DNA of 64,000 nt from Eledone cirrhosa (GCA_964016885.1 OZ024751.1:15872001-15936000); one strand, 5' to 3'. Shown: positions 27,928 to 43,275, counted from the stretch's first letter. Made by a program: numbers and translations. Notes: generated by a model from the letters alone, not told the origin.

Positions 27928-28879
27928 GAGAGAGAGAAAGAATCATCACTTTTTCTATATTACGTATTAACCCATCTTCTCTCCAGATCTGAATACAGTA
28001 GATTTCGTCCAGAGAAGGATAGAGAGAGTGAAAGGATAGAAGTGTGAATGAAATGTAAAGGAAGAAGTGACCCCCAGTACTTGACTGGTACTTGTTTATC
28101 GACCTCAAATGGATGGAAGGTAGAATTGACCCCGGCTTGACTTGAACTCAGAGAGCAGAGAGTCGAAACGAATACCGTAAATCATTCTATCCGACGTTCT
28201 AACGACTCTGCCAATTTGTTGCCCCTGTTTCAACATTGCATACATGGCCCCTTATCTCCTGGAGGAGTCGTAGGGAGACTGTATTGACAGAGTGTGTTTC
28301 TTGGGTAATTCTTTAAAAAAAAAAACCTAGCGCAGTAGATTTCTTTCCAGAAAAGGATAGAGAGAGTGAGAGAATGGAAGCGAGGAAGAGATATAGAGGA
28401 AGAATCGACCTTAGTAGCAGACTCGACCTCGAACGGATGAAACGCAAAGTTGATCTCGATTCAGAGAGCAGATAGCCGAAATGAATACCGCAAATCATTC
28501 TATCCGACCTTCTAACGACTCTGGCAATTTGTTGCTTTTATTTCAACATTAGTCAAAGAGAAAATATTGTAGAAACATCAACTCCCAGAAATCAGGATAA
28601 TATCTAAATTATTAATTTATTCTCCTTTGATGTTTTGAATGCCAATTCTTTGTTTGTCAAATATTTAGCCAAGTAACTCATTAATTAATTCAAGAATTAA
28701 TTTCTTGGTGACAATCTTAGACAATCTTACTTAATTAAAAGACAGTATACTTTAACAGTTTTAGTATGTGTGTTTGTGTATGTGTATATGAGTGTACGTG
28801 TATATGAATGTATATAGATATGTGTGTATATATATGTATAATATATGTATCAGACATTCTAAACACATGCCCATAGTAA

Positions 28880-29165
28880 CGGAGCTGCCAATTGAGAGAT
28901 CAAAGCCCCGATACTATGGGCATGTGGTTAGAATGTCTCAGGAAAGAATCACTGGACAGATTTTACGGGCAAAACCAAACGGCAAGAGACTCAGAGACAG
29001 ACTCCGAGCATGATGGTTGAATAACATCCATGAACTTGGCTAGTCGCGCTTGGGGATCCTCCCATATCATTTGAAGACGGTTGCTTTTGACAGGACCCGC
29101 TGGGAGGAGAGTTTGAGGACTCTTCCCCCACGACCCTCTCAGGAATAAGTGGGCGAAGAAGAAGA
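28880..29165 (+). mobile_element. RTE LINE 3' fragment
   Basis: IERSKPRYYGHVVRMSQERITGQILRAKPNGKRLR; (GAA)n tail. Confidence 0.8.
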
Positions 29166-29168
29166 TAT

Positions 29169-29355
29169 TGCGGTGGATTGGCAGTATCGGTAGAGGGTCG
29201 GACGCCATGCTTTGACGCATAGAGTTATGGCCCTTGCCATTCTGAGTTCAAATCCCGCCGAGGTTAACTTTACCTTTCATCCTTATGGGGTCGATAAAAT
29301 AAAGTACCAGTAATACACTGGGTAATTTCTGGCCTTGTGCCAAAAGTAGAAACAA
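29169..29355 (+). mobile_element. SINE (young family)
   Basis: Full-length family match. Confidence 0.85.
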
Positions 29356-29519
29356 TTATATATATATATATATATATATATATGATAAATCATGTCCTTA
29401 GAATTGTAAGGACATGACTTATGATATATTGCTCTGATTATTTAATTTATTAATTCTTCATTCAGCCACAACGTGACCGGTTGCAACATATATATCTATG
29501 ACTTTATGTATATCTAAAT

Positions 29520-29564
<45 letters not shown>

Positions 29565-30076
29565 AGAAAATTAGGTTTTTTTAAATGAAAAAAACAAGAT
29601 GTCCTACACGGGTGAAAGTATAAGGAAAAGAAATCGAAAATGCAACTGGAGTTTTTTTAAAAATATTTATTTGTTTCCTTTACCAGTTTCACAGTTATTA
29701 TGCTTTTCAAAAGTAGAATTGAGATGGAGAGTTTGTGGTTTTTCTTGCATCTGGTTGGTGTTCGAATATTATTTCTGTTTTATGTGGAAAAACGTGGATC
29801 GAATTGCTGGGTTTAAAAAAAAAAAAAATTTGGTTGTTTGATGACTGTCGCGTGAATAAGTATAATAAATTTCACGCCAGACTGCGTTACAAAGTTGTCA
29901 TTGTATTTGCCTTTAAAAATGTGGCTCAAATTGTTTTTTTTTTGTTTTTTTCTTGTTACATATAAGTGAAATTTGGCTGGTTGATTACTGTCACGTGAAT
30001 AATTACATCAACTTTCGCGCCAATTGCGTTTGAAGGTTCTTTATTGTCATTTTCACTTTAAAATGTGGTTCAAATT

Positions 30077-30140
<64 letters not shown>

Positions 30141-30144
<4 letters not shown>

Positions 30145-30300
30145 CTGTTTCATTCGGGAGAAATCATCAGGAAGCCCTGATGATTTCACCCGAATGAAAC
30201 AGTTCTAGTCCTGTAGAAGCCATTTCTATATTAAATATTCATACTCTGCTTTGTATTGACTACCTTACTTACTGTGGTTGCCCCCGATTGAACCCAGGAT
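30141..30300 (+). mobile_element. HHR mini-element with fold-back junction at the ribozyme core
   Basis: CUGAUGA-UUUC(ACCC)GAAU-GAAA-CAG..CUG-UA|GAAGCC at 30177-30221; inverted arm 30141-30176 supplies the GGCUUC stem I strand; (TA)n on both sides. Confidence 0.8.
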
Positions 30301-30327
30301 ATATATATATATATATATATACGGGGT

Positions 30328-30470
30328 TTTGCACAGTTTCTGTCAACCTAATATTTCACTCAGAAGTCAATGGTCAGCCTGAAGCTAATAGTAGAAGACA
30401 TTTGTCGAAGGTGTCACCATGTAGGATTGAACCTGAAATCCTGCCATTCTCTAAGTGAACTCCTTCATCA
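30328..30470 (-). mobile_element. Old SINE fragment of another family
   Basis: Minus strand ggttcaatcc B-box then acaccttcgacaaatgtcttctactat..; resembles an abundant octopus SINE recalled from memory. Confidence 0.55.
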
Positions 30471-31099
30471 CAGACAACCCAACCGTGACTATATGTACTT
30501 TATATATTTGTAAAAACTCTCTCTATTTTCATATCTCCGAAATTACAACATCAATCCGCTATAGATTCTGAAAATCAATTTCGACAAATCAGTTCTGTAC
30601 TCTTTGACACACGCTGTAAAAACATTTTAGAATGCCAAAAATTCTATTAAAATTTTGTAATCAGGTAGCGGTTGTGGTAGTGAAGGCGGTGGTGGAGGAG
30701 GTTATGGTAGAAGTGGTTGTGGTGGTAGTGGTGGTGCAGGTGGATGTGGTAGTGGCAGAAGTAATGGTGGTAATGGTGGAGGTGGTGAAGGTGATGCAGG
30801 TAGTGGTGGTGGTGGTGGATGGTAACTGGTCGGGCAGATGGTAGTGGTGGGGGATGTAGAGGTGAAGGAAGAGGTGAAGGGGCATTGGGAAGACGTGAAG
30901 ATGGATGAGGTAGATGAGGTGGAGGTTGTGCGAGGTTGTGCAGTTGGTGCAGATGATGTAGATGGAGGTGGTGTAGGTGAAGGGACAAATAAGACTACCA
31001 GTCTATATATTGGATTGTTTATTTCCTGGATTTGTCTATTTATCAGACTTTATTTACATGGCTGCTTATATATTCGACTGAATATATAATAAACTTTAT

Positions 31100-34000
31100 A
31101 TAAAAACTGTCTATATAATAGGCTGTCTATATAATAGACTGTCTATATATTTGACTGTCGATACATTATATATAATATACTATCTATATAATATACTATC
31201 TATATAATAAACTGTCTATATAATAGAGTGTCTATATAATAGACTGTCTATATATAGAGTCTCTCTATATAGAGTCTATTATATAGACTGTCTATATAAT
31301 AGACTGTCTATATATAGAGTCTCTATATATAGAGTCTATTATATAGACTGTCTATATAATAGACTGTATATATAATAGACTGTCTATGTAATAGACAGTC
31401 TCTATATAAACAGTCTATATAACAGACACTCTATATAGACTGTGTATATAATATATGTCTATATATTATACTATATATATATAGAATATCTATATATAGA
31501 CTGTCTATATATTATACTGTCTATATATAGACTGTCTATATATATAGACTGTCTATATATATAGACTGTCTATATATATAGACTGCCTATATATTATACT
31601 GTCTATATATAGAATGTCTATATATAGACAGTCTATATATTATACTGTCTATATATAGACAGTATATATATAGACTGTCTATATATAGACAGTCTATTTA
31701 AGAGGCTGTCTATATATTGTACTGGCTATATATTAGTCTCTCGTTATATAGACTGTCTATATATTATATTGTCTATATATTATACTGTCTATATATTATA
31801 TTGTCTATATATTATACCGTCTATTTATTATACTGATGTAGTGACCTACATTCCGCGGGCTCACATACATTCTCTGTGCGTGATTTGGCTCAGCTCAGCC
31901 AATCAGCGCCAGTAGAAGAGGATGTATCCCTACGCGTTCTGAGGGAGAAATAGCCCGCAAAGATTTGAAGACGACTTCCAAGATAGAAGACTCGCAGCTT
32001 CGACCGTGCTAAGGTAAACAACCATTTTTCTTGCGCCGTGAAATCACTAGCCAATATGTAACACAACAAACATTACCTACGAGCCTGGCCAAAGACCTTC
32101 AGCCAGTCGCCCGTATTTTCTCTTGTAATCTTAATTGAATTATTTAATTTCTCTTGGCATGCCAGCTCAACCTCTGTTAATAAATAATGTAAAACCAAGC
32201 TAAAAGTCGTTGTTGATATTCCTATTATATCTTTCTACCAAACCTGGTTACTCGTGGCAACCTTACCAACTTCTAAATACTTCTCCGCTAAATCTGGTGA
32301 CAACACATCTTTCACCAAACTGTCTATATATTATACTGGCTATATATTATATTGTTTATATATTATGCCGTCTATATATTAGGCTCTCTATATATATTAG
32401 ACTGTCTATATATTATACTGCCTATATATTATATTGTCTATATATTAGACTGTCTATATATTATACTGCCTATAGAAATATATATATTATATTGTCTATA
32501 TATTGTACTGGCTATGTATTAGTCCCTCTCTATATATAGGCTCTCTATATATTATACTGTCTATATATTATACTGGCTATATATTATACTGGCTATATAT
32601 TATACTGGCTATATATTATACTGGCTATATATTATACTGTCTATATATTATACTGGCTATATATTATACTGTCTATATATTATACTGGCTATATATTATA
32701 CTGGCTATATATTAGACTGTATATATATTATACTGGCTATATATTATACTGGCTATATATTAGACTGTCTATATATTATACTGTCTATATATTATACTGG
32801 CTATATATTATACTTCCTGACCCAACAAACAAAACAAACGAAGTAATTCTCCATAAATTCCAAAAGACTTTAGTTATATTTCTATTTCATTTGATATCAA
32901 TACTACATTGATATTAAATTAACGATATTCATCATGGTATTTTTTCTCCTTTGTGAACCAGAGGAATATACCAACTGCTGTCCAATATATTATAGTCTGT
33001 CTATATAATATACTGCCTATATATTATACTGTCTATATATTATAGTCTGTCTATATAATACACTGCCTATATATTATACTGTCTATATATTATAGTCTGT
33101 CTATATAATACACTGTCTATATATTATACTGTCCAATATATTATAGTCTGTCTATATAATATACTGTCTATATATTATACTGTCTATATATAGACAGTCT
33201 ATTTAAGAGGATGTCTATATATTATAGTCTGTATATATAATATACTGTCTATATATTAGACTGTCTACATGTTATACTGGCTATATATTAGTCGCTCTCT
33301 CTATATAGACTATCTATATATTAGACTGCATATATATTAGACTGTCTATATATCATACTGGCTGTATATTATATTGTCTATATATTATACTGGTTATATA
33401 TTATATTGTCTATATATTATACTGGCTATATATTAGATTGTCTATATATTATACTGGCTATATATTATACCGTCTATATATTATACTGGCTATATATTAT
33501 ATTGTCTATATATTATACTGGCTATATATTATATTGTCTATATATTATACTGGCTATATACTATACTGGCTATATGTTAGTCCCCCTCTCTGTATAGACT
33601 GTCTATATGTTAGTCCCTCTCTATATATTAGTCTCTCTATATATAGACTGTCTATATGTTAGTCCCTCTCTATATATTAGTCTCTCTATATATAGACTGT
33701 CTATATGCATAAACTGTCTATATATTTTACTGACTATATATTATACCGTCTATATATTATACTGGCTATATATTATACTCTCTATATTTAAGACTGTCTA
33801 TATATTTTACTGACTATATATTATACCGTCTATATATTAGACTGGCTATATATTAGTCTCTTTATATATTGGACTACCTATATATTATATTGTCTACATA
33901 ACATTCTGGCTATATATTAAATTAACAATCTTCATCATACTATTTCTCTCCTCCTTTGTGAACTAGAGGAATATACCAACTGCTGTCCAATATATTATAG

Positions 34001-34370
34001 TCGTTGGAGTGGCAGTCTCGGTAGAGGGTCGGACGCCATGCTTTGCCATTCTGAGTTCAAATCCCACCGAGGTTAACTTTGCTTTCATCCATACGGGTCG
34101 ATAAAATAAAGTACCAGTAATGCACTGGGATAATTACTCTATATAATGTACTGTCTATACATAGACAGTCTATTTAAGAAGCTGTCTATATATTATATTG
34201 TCTATATATGAAACTGGCTATATATTAGACTGTCTACATATGAAACTGGCTATATATTAGTCTCTATATATATTAGACTACCTATATATTATATTGTCTA
34301 AATATATTATATTGTCTAAATAAAGAAAGATATATATTATATTGTCTACATATCATACTGGCTATATATT
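31100..34370. repeat. AT-rich ~16-bp satellite (ggctatatattatact / gtctatatattatact) with insertions
   Basis: Period 16 around 32575-32810; interrupted by an LTR, a SINE (34005-34135) and a thrice-repeated ~75-bp segment. Confidence 0.85.
31837..32305 (+). mobile_element. Probable solo LTR
   Basis: TGTAGTGACC...GGTGACAACA termini (TG..CA, imperfect inverted repeat); AATAAA at ~32179; GC-richer than flanks; no clear TSD. Confidence 0.6.
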
Positions 34371-34599
34371 AAATTTACAATCTTCATCATTCTCGCTTCG
34401 TTTGTGAACCAGAGGAATATACTAACTGTTGTCCAATAGAATCAACCTTGGAACCAAACAGGTCAATTTTATCATAATTCCATGATTGAATCCAAACCTG
34501 AAATTTCATATAAAATCTTCTCTCTTTTCTTTCCTTCTTTTTCTTTTTCTTTTTTCATATTCCCTGTTCTCTGCATTAACAACTCCACGTTTCTTTATT

Positions 34600-34644
34600 T
34601 CTTTCTTTCTTTCTCTCTCTCTCTATTTCTTTCTTTCTTTCTCA

Positions 34645-34736
<92 letters not shown>

Positions 34737-34810
34737 TCATTCTTCCTCCGCTCCTTCCCTATCCTCCTCCTTCTGAACTGAAGCAAGGTGTTGTTTAGTA
34801 GAAGCCCATA

Positions 34811-34901
<91 letters not shown>

Positions 34902-35055
34902 CTTCTTCTTCTTCTTCTTCTTCTTCTTCTTCTTCTTCTTCTTCTTCTTCTTCTTCTTCTCTCTTCTTCTTCTTCTTCTTCTTCTTCTTCTTCTTCTTCT
35001 TCTTCTTCTTCTTCTTCTTCTTCTTCTTCTTCTTCTTCTTCTTCTTCTTCTTCTC
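34600..35055. repeat. (CTTT)n, (GTT)n and (CTT)n microsatellites
   Basis: Direct reading. Confidence 0.95.
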
Positions 35056-35577
35056 ACCCCTCCTCCGCTTTCTTCTCCTCCTCCCTCTCTACCCCCCCCC
35101 TACTCCTACCGTTACTACCTCATTATCATGCCACAACCACAACCGCAACTGTTGCTACAGTCGCTGTACCATCTGTTTTATGGTACAATTACACAAAACC
35201 CAACGATTTAATTATAGAAATTTTTATTAAAACTCAAAATAACTAGAAAGTCATTATAAAAGATTGTCCAAGTATCCATTCTCCATTCTCAGTTAAAATG
35301 TTAAAATAATAAAACTTTACCGAATGAAATAATTTCATTTAAAAGAGAATTTAATGCGGTTCTGTTATGGTGGACAAGGTTAAAAGCATGCAGAGCAGAG
35401 GTATAGAATAGAATCATCTGGAATTAATCTCAATATAGGAATTGTATGGTTAATCTCACTGAGAAATAATTCAAAGCTGCTATTGAAAATATTTGAAATT
35501 AGAATCAGAAAGGTACTCTAAATGCTTACAGGCCCTCACATTTCTCTCTCTATCTCCCTCTTTATATATATATATAC

Positions 35578-35636
<59 letters not shown>

Positions 35637-36296
35637 ATAACGAAGGAAATGTGGTAAGGAACCAGGTGGACCATAACGCACGAAAGTACTCAATACTTGA
35701 GGTAGTAGAGTGGGTAATAGGAACCAGTAAGACCCCGACAGCTGAGCTCAAGCCGTTTCGACGGCTAATTCTGGACTAAATGAAAATTTATCCTGGTATT
35801 TAAATAGCCGATCTTCTCAAGGGGTAATTCCATATATGGTCAAAGTGATTGTCAAAAATCAGTAGTAATTCTGTGGTTGCAAATTAGTAGGGGAGATGGT
35901 GGCTAAACCTGCCAGTAGGAGAAAGAGGGGAGGGGGTGGATTAGACCCAATCAAGCGTTGGTAGTGCCAGCTACAGCTGGGCATGAGGTCAAAGAAGATA
36001 CAGGGGAGGGGAGGGGAGGAAGTCGGAACGGTAGGTAGAACAATGGGGGGTAGAAATATATAGGAAAGAAAAAATACTGAGAGTGAAGAAAAGCAAAGGT
36101 TTAGGTTTAGCCACCATCTCCCCTACTAATTTGCAACCACAGAATTACTACTGATTTTTGACAATCACTTTGACCATATATGGAATTACCCCTTGAGAAG
36201 ATCGGCTATTTAATACCAGGATAAATTTTCATTTAGTCCAGAATTAGCCGTCGAAACGGCTTGAGCTCAGCTGTCGGGGTCTTACTGGTTCCTATT
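35637..36296. mobile_element. HHR element with ~195-bp inverted arms (35716-35910 and 36103-36296) between (TA)n tracts
   Basis: Near-identical inverted arms; related to 61480-61677. Confidence 0.85.
36188..36280 (+). ncRNA. Hammerhead with U3-A8 covariant core (second copy at 35732-35825, -)
   Basis: ACCCC-UUGAGAA-GAUCGGCUAUU..AAUUAGCCGUC-GAAA-CGGC(UUGAGCUCA)GCUG-UC|GGGGU. Confidence 0.82.
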
Positions 36297-36351
<55 letters not shown>

Positions 36352-36381
36352 ATATTTATATATATATAGTATATATATATA

Positions 36382-36489
<108 letters not shown>

Positions 36490-36502
36490 CACATATATAT
36501 AC

Positions 36503-36596
<94 letters not shown>

Positions 36597-36643
36597 GACA
36601 ATACCAAGGTCAGCTCTCTATGCAGAGCTGAGTGTAAATAATT

Positions 36644-36816
36644 GTTTCTACTTTAGGCACAAGGCCAGCAATTACCCAGTGCATTACTGGTACTTTATTT
36701 TATCGACCCCGTAAGGATGAAAGGCAAAGTCAACCTCGGCGGGATTTGAACTCAGATCGTAAAGGGACGTAACTATGCTGGAAAGCATGGCGTCCGACCC
36801 TCTACCGATACTGCCA
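36644..36816 (-). mobile_element. SINE (young family)
   Basis: Reverse-complement family match. Confidence 0.85.
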
Positions 36817-36858
36817 GGATTGAGCAATACATCTCCTATGTAACACCTCCACGTTCTT

Positions 36859-36908
<50 letters not shown>

Positions 36909-37590
36909 CAATTTTAGGCTCTTATTTTGATCTACTACATGTCGATCTCGTTGCTATGATTTTGAAGAGCTTGGCTTATTCTATTTCAATTTAATATAAC
37001 CAAATTCATAAAGTTTTCTTCCTCTCACTAATCTTATCTTCATCTTTCAAAAGATCTATTTTTAAAGGGAATGAACTTCAGTAATTCTTTAACACTTAAG
37101 AGAATATCATTTGGATTTGTTAAACTTAAAATAATAGCTAAAACACACCTGCTAACATAAATACTTAAACACGAAAACTCTTTCAGTTTAAATCATTAAT
37201 TTATATTTCGTGTCTGCAGAAGTCGAAGCCTTAATGGTCGCCCTGCAGTTATAAACAGGAAAGGTCTTCATTGTCTCTATTTGCGTTTTAGTTGTTGATG
37301 CATTTTAAAACAGATTTGAAGAATTTATGAATTCCTTGAAGACTATAAAAGATCTGTATTTATGCACAAACGATCTGCAGCAAGTAACCATCAAACCAGA
37401 AACAATTAGATGTATTTTTTAGGAAAGAAACTCTTTCTTTTTTCTGGTTCTCACAACTAGTTGTCGCAGCATAACATGTGGATTATTGTCAATGAACAAA
37501 ATGATTTTAATTCGAGCAATACCATTGGTTGACTATATATATATATATATAGTCCTGGCATTGATAAATATTCTGGGTCCATCAACTCCT

Positions 37591-37642
<52 letters not shown>

Positions 37643-37717
37643 ATGAAATGAAAAGACTGTTGAACACTCATACATCGAATCGACGGGAGGGTCCATCACA
37701 CACACACACACACACAG

Positions 37718-37748
<31 letters not shown>

Positions 37749-37757
37749 CATACACAG

Positions 37758-37792
<35 letters not shown>

Positions 37793-37818
37793 CATACATA
37801 TATACATATATACATCTC

Positions 37819-38593
<775 letters not shown>

Positions 38594-38596
38594 GAA

Positions 38597-38700
38597 GGCG
38601 CGCGCGTGGTTAGGGTATTCAGCTCCCAATTGTAAGGTCCTGAGTTCGATTCCCGGCTGAGCGTTGTGTCCTTGAGCAAGACACTTTATTTGAAACGCTC
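38597..38700 (+). mobile_element. tRNA-derived SINE, second family
   Basis: gagttcgattccc B-box then gtgtccttgagcaagacact; relatives at 41861-42150 and 53698-53815. Confidence 0.75.
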
Positions 38701-39006
38701 TAATCAATACACAATAGTGTATTCAAGATAAAGCAATTTCCAGTTGTGATGACGGAGAATGTGTAAAAAAATAAGGAATATGAAGGCTAGTTTTCCATAA
38801 TTCAATTTATGTAATTTGCTGTTATATGCATTTCCGTGATGTCAGTCTTTTTTTTACGCAATAACAGTAGACGTGCGTATATATATATATTTATATATAT
38901 ATATATATGTGTGCAATCATGTATGTATGTATGTATGTATGTATGTATGTATGTATGTATGTATGTATGTATGATGTATGTATGTATGTATGTGTGTGTG
39001 TGTGTG

Positions 39007-39053
<47 letters not shown>

Positions 39054-39842
39054 ATGTATGTATGTATGTATGTATGTATGTATGTATGCACGTATGTATG
39101 TATGTACGTATATATGTATGTATGCACGCATGAATATGTATATGTGTATATATGAATGTGTGAGTGCGAGTGTGCGAATGTAAAATGAAATGATGAAGCA
39201 TATTTATTTGGTGTAGGTTGGGGGGGGGGGTGATTAAGAAAAATTCTAGATGAAGATTTATTTCTCTGTAATAAAGAATGTCGAAACAATTTGTACACTT
39301 TGAATTGGATGTGGCACGCAGAGGAAAGTGGTGCTTCTGGAGTGGGTTTCATGTGAAGCTGTGTATGTTATGTTTGTCTGCTGAGGTGGTGCGTATCTTG
39401 TGTATACGTGCGTGTGCGTGTATATCTGTGTGTGTGTGTATGTATGTGTACACGTGAATGCGTATGCGGACATTGTGTTAGAAAGAGGAAAGACGGAAGG
39501 AGGACAGAAGTCACAACTGAATAGTGGTGATTTACTAACTTTATTCTATGTTATATCCACACAATATTTCATGTGAATGTTACATTGAATGCAAAGAATT
39601 AATCAATACACTTCAGAGATTTCCCCACTAGACATTCGTATCACTCAACTAATCAGTCATCCGATAATATATAAGTATTATCAGAAGATAGGGGCTGAAG
39701 GTGAGAAGGAGGATGAGGATGAGGATGAGGATGAGGAAGAAGGGGGAGTAGAGGAAAATGAAAGAGGAATGAGACAGAGAAAGAGAGGGGTAGAGATAGC
39801 GAGAGAAAGCGGGGAGAGAGAAAGAGAGAGAGAGATGGGCAA

Positions 39843-39877
<35 letters not shown>

Positions 39878-40009
39878 AAGAGAAAGAAAGCGAGATAGGG
39901 AAAGAAAGATGGGGGCAGAGAGAGAAAGAGAGAGATATAGGGAAATAAAGAGAGAGAGAGAGAGATAGAGTGTGTGTGAGAAAGAGAGAGAGAGAGAGAG
40001 TGTGTGTGT

Positions 40010-40059
<50 letters not shown>

Positions 40060-40135
40060 AAAATAGAGAGAGAGAAAGAAAGCGAGATAGGGAAAGAAAG
40101 ATGGGGCAGAGAGAGAAAGAGAGATATAGGGAAAT

Positions 40136-40168
<33 letters not shown>

Positions 40169-40601
40169 TAGAGTGTGTGTGAGAAAGAGAAAGAGAGAGT
40201 GTGTGAAAGAGAGAGAAAGAGAGAGGGCCAGCAGAGCAGGATACAGAAGTAGTAAATTAGAAAAATAACAACAACAACAACGACAACAGCAACAAATACA
40301 AAACATTGAAGCACTAGAAAGATGATAACATTACATATACATATAAAGTAGCAACTGAAACGTAGAAGGACTGAGGAGATAAATGATAAGATGATATATG
40401 CATATAGAGTAGCCAGAGAAAGTTGTTAAGAGAATCGAAATATTCCTTCTCTGTCAACCAGAAAATATTTCAAAGTTACTTACCAAAAAATCTTTAAGAC
40501 TAACACATACAATTCAACAAAACATGAAACTTCTAATGTATTTATTCATTTTACACACCAATGGAATTAATAGGTATCGGATGAATGTGTCTTTGGCTGT
40601 C

Positions 40602-41242
40602 AATATTAGAATATACTTAAAGGGTGGTGGATTGGCAGTATCGGTAGAGGGTCGGACGCCATGCTTTCCAGCATAGTTACGTCCCTTTACGATCTGAGTT
40701 CAAATCCCGCCGAGGTTGACTTTGCCTTTCATCCTTACGGAGGTCGATAAAATAAAGTACCAGTAATGCACTGGGTAATTGCTGGCCTTGTGGCCAAAGT
40801 AGAAACAAATATTAGAAATATACTTAAAGGGCGGTGGATTGGCAGTATCGGTAGAGGGTCGGACGCCATGCTTTCCAGCATAGTTACGTCCCTTTACGAT
40901 CTGAGTTCAAAATCCCGCCGAGGTTGACTTTGCCTTTCATCCTTACGGGGGGTCGATAAAATAAAGTACCAGTAATGCACTGGGTAATTGCTGGCCTTGT
41001 GCCCAAAGTAGAAACAAATATTAGAATATACTTAAAGGGGCGGTGGATTGGCAGTATCGGTAGAGGGTCGGACGCCATGCTTTCCAGCATAGTTACGTCC
41101 CTTTACGATCTGAGTTCAAATCCTGCCGAGGTTGACTTTGCCTTTCATCCTTACGGGGGTCGATAAAATAAAGTACCAGTAATGCACTGGGTAATTGCTG
41201 GCCTTGTGCCTAAAGTAGAAACAAATATTAGAATATACTTAA
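40602..41242 (+). mobile_element. Three tandem full-length SINE copies separated by the target-site sequence
   Basis: aatattagaatatacttaa occurs four times, flanking three ~190-bp SINEs. Confidence 0.9.
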
Positions 41243-41589
41243 GGTGGTGAATTGTCAGAGTTGTTAGAACGTCGGATAGAATGCATTATGGCATTCATCC
41301 CGACTCGCTGCTCTCTGAGTTCAAATCCCACCGAGGTTATCTTTGCTTTTCATTCAATCATTCGAGGTCTAGAGGTCGATAAAAAAAAATGGTACCAGTT
41401 TGGTTCTGTGGTCGATTATTCCTCTATATCTCTCTCTCACTTTCTCTCTCTCACTCTCTATCTTTCTTTGGAAAGAAATATACTGTACTCAGGCCTGGAG
41501 AGGGATGGGTTCCGCCAGGCTTAAAAATGTCCAAGGAACGTCGTATGTCAATACGACGCCTTCACGACTCTATCAATAGTTACAAGACT

Positions 41590-41840
41590 ATACCATACCA
41601 TACCATACCAATCCATGCCATACCTTGCCATATCATACCATGCCATACCATAACATACCATACCATGCCATACCATAACATACAATAACATACCATGCCA
41701 TACCATACCATAATATACCATACCATACCATACCATGCCATACCATGCCATACCAAGCCATACCATAACATGCCATGCCATACCATGCCATACCATACCA
41801 TATCATACCATGCCATATCATACCATACCATACCATGCTA
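41590..41840. repeat. (CATAC)n pentanucleotide repeat
   Basis: Direct reading. Confidence 0.9.
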
Positions 41841-42319
41841 TACTAGAATACACTAGTGTAGGCGCGTGGATTAGTACTTAGGGTTTTCGGCTCACGATCG
41901 TAAAGTCGTGACTTCGATTCTCGGACCGAGCGCCGCGTTGCGTCCTTAAGCAACATCTTATTTCAAGTTGCCCCAGTCCACTCAGCTGGCAAAAAATGAG
42001 TTGTAACTGTAATTAAAGGGGCCAGACTTAGCACACACTGTGTCTTTCTAAGAAATACTCCAAGGGTGCACGAGCCTGCAGAATGCTCAGCCACCATCAC
42101 GTTAATTTCATGAGCTGCCAGTTCCATTGACTGAATCAACTGGAGCAGCCATCGTCGGAAACGACGGAGCGCCGCAACTAAATATTTTGAAATGATGTTT
42201 AATGGTCTCCCTATCTTGATTGCAACAACCGCAACACAATAAATAATTTCAATTTCTTTACAATATATTATTCCCAATGTAATATTTGTTAGAGGAGTTA
42301 GAAGTCTTTTCCAGGCTAG

Positions 42320-43275
42320 TGATGTTGATGTGTATGTTTTGAGTTGTATGTGTGCATGTGTATATGCTTTGCATCTGTACATATGTATATGCAGTTATTA
42401 GATGCAAAATTTCTGCTCTCTATGTTGCATTTCATAACGACTGCGATGTGTGAGATACTTCATCTCAGGAACAAAATTTTGCTTTTTAAATTTCGCATCC
42501 ACGCTGGTTCAGGCTTTTTATTTGTATCTTGATTGCATGGTTTTAGATGTGTGTTATATGATAGCAATGTGACAGCTGAAACATATAACAAAATATTAAG
42601 CGTTTCAAATGTCGTTTCTACACCTTTAGATCGTATAGCCTTCAGATAATTGCCAGCTATTTCGTTCACCGCTTCCAATTCCAATTTAGTAGGTTCTTTA
42701 CTGATTCTGGTGTTGTATGGTCTGTCACTCACATTAAGGCTGTATATCTCTTGAAACATATGGTCCCATATCACTTGTAAGGTGTCCACAAGTTTTTGGT
42801 GTTCTGTTTGTACAGTAGAGTCATGAATTTCAGCCTCGTTGTTGATGTGGTGACAATTACTACTAGAGTTAGCTGACCATTGTCGCTGTTCTTCAGTGGA
42901 AGTGGGATGGATTTCAGCAAAATTGCTGGTGAGCTGTTCACTGTTAGATTTAGCTGGCCATTCTCTTTGTCTGTCAGAGGAGGTGGGGTGGTTGTCTACA
43001 AGGGTTGTATTTGTAGTATCACTCAATTCCGTTAGATGTATCAATTTACATCTAATGATACGTTTTGCCTGTTCATTTAAATGCTTTGGAGAAAAGTCTA
43101 ATTCTGGGTGATTGGAGTTCCATAAAGTTTTTAGCCTTTGCATAAAACCGAACTTTTGGGGTTCAGATTGTTTGTATGATTCATATAATTCTTTGTTAAG
43201 CTCGTAGCTCCACTGTATACAACGGTTGTAGTTGCGATTTGGTCGAAGGAGACTTGTACATTTTGCCATGATGAG
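42320..43275 (-). mobile_element. R4/Dong-like LINE N-terminal fragment joined to a 3' UTR-like end
   Basis: QWSYELNKELYESY..GFMQRLKTLWNSNHPEL..LNEQAKRII; end resembles 45225-45297. Confidence 0.55.

Noticed and set aside
30632-31089. Pro/Thr- or Val-rich ORFs
   Set aside because: Degenerate (GTG)n low-complexity DNA, with no domain or splice support.
39245-39300. UAGAUGA..GAAACAAUUUGUA motif
   Set aside because: The core is doubly mutated and there is no stem I.
40621-40720. tRNA-like A/B boxes
   Set aside because: These are SINE heads rather than tRNA genes, and no full cloverleaf is evident.
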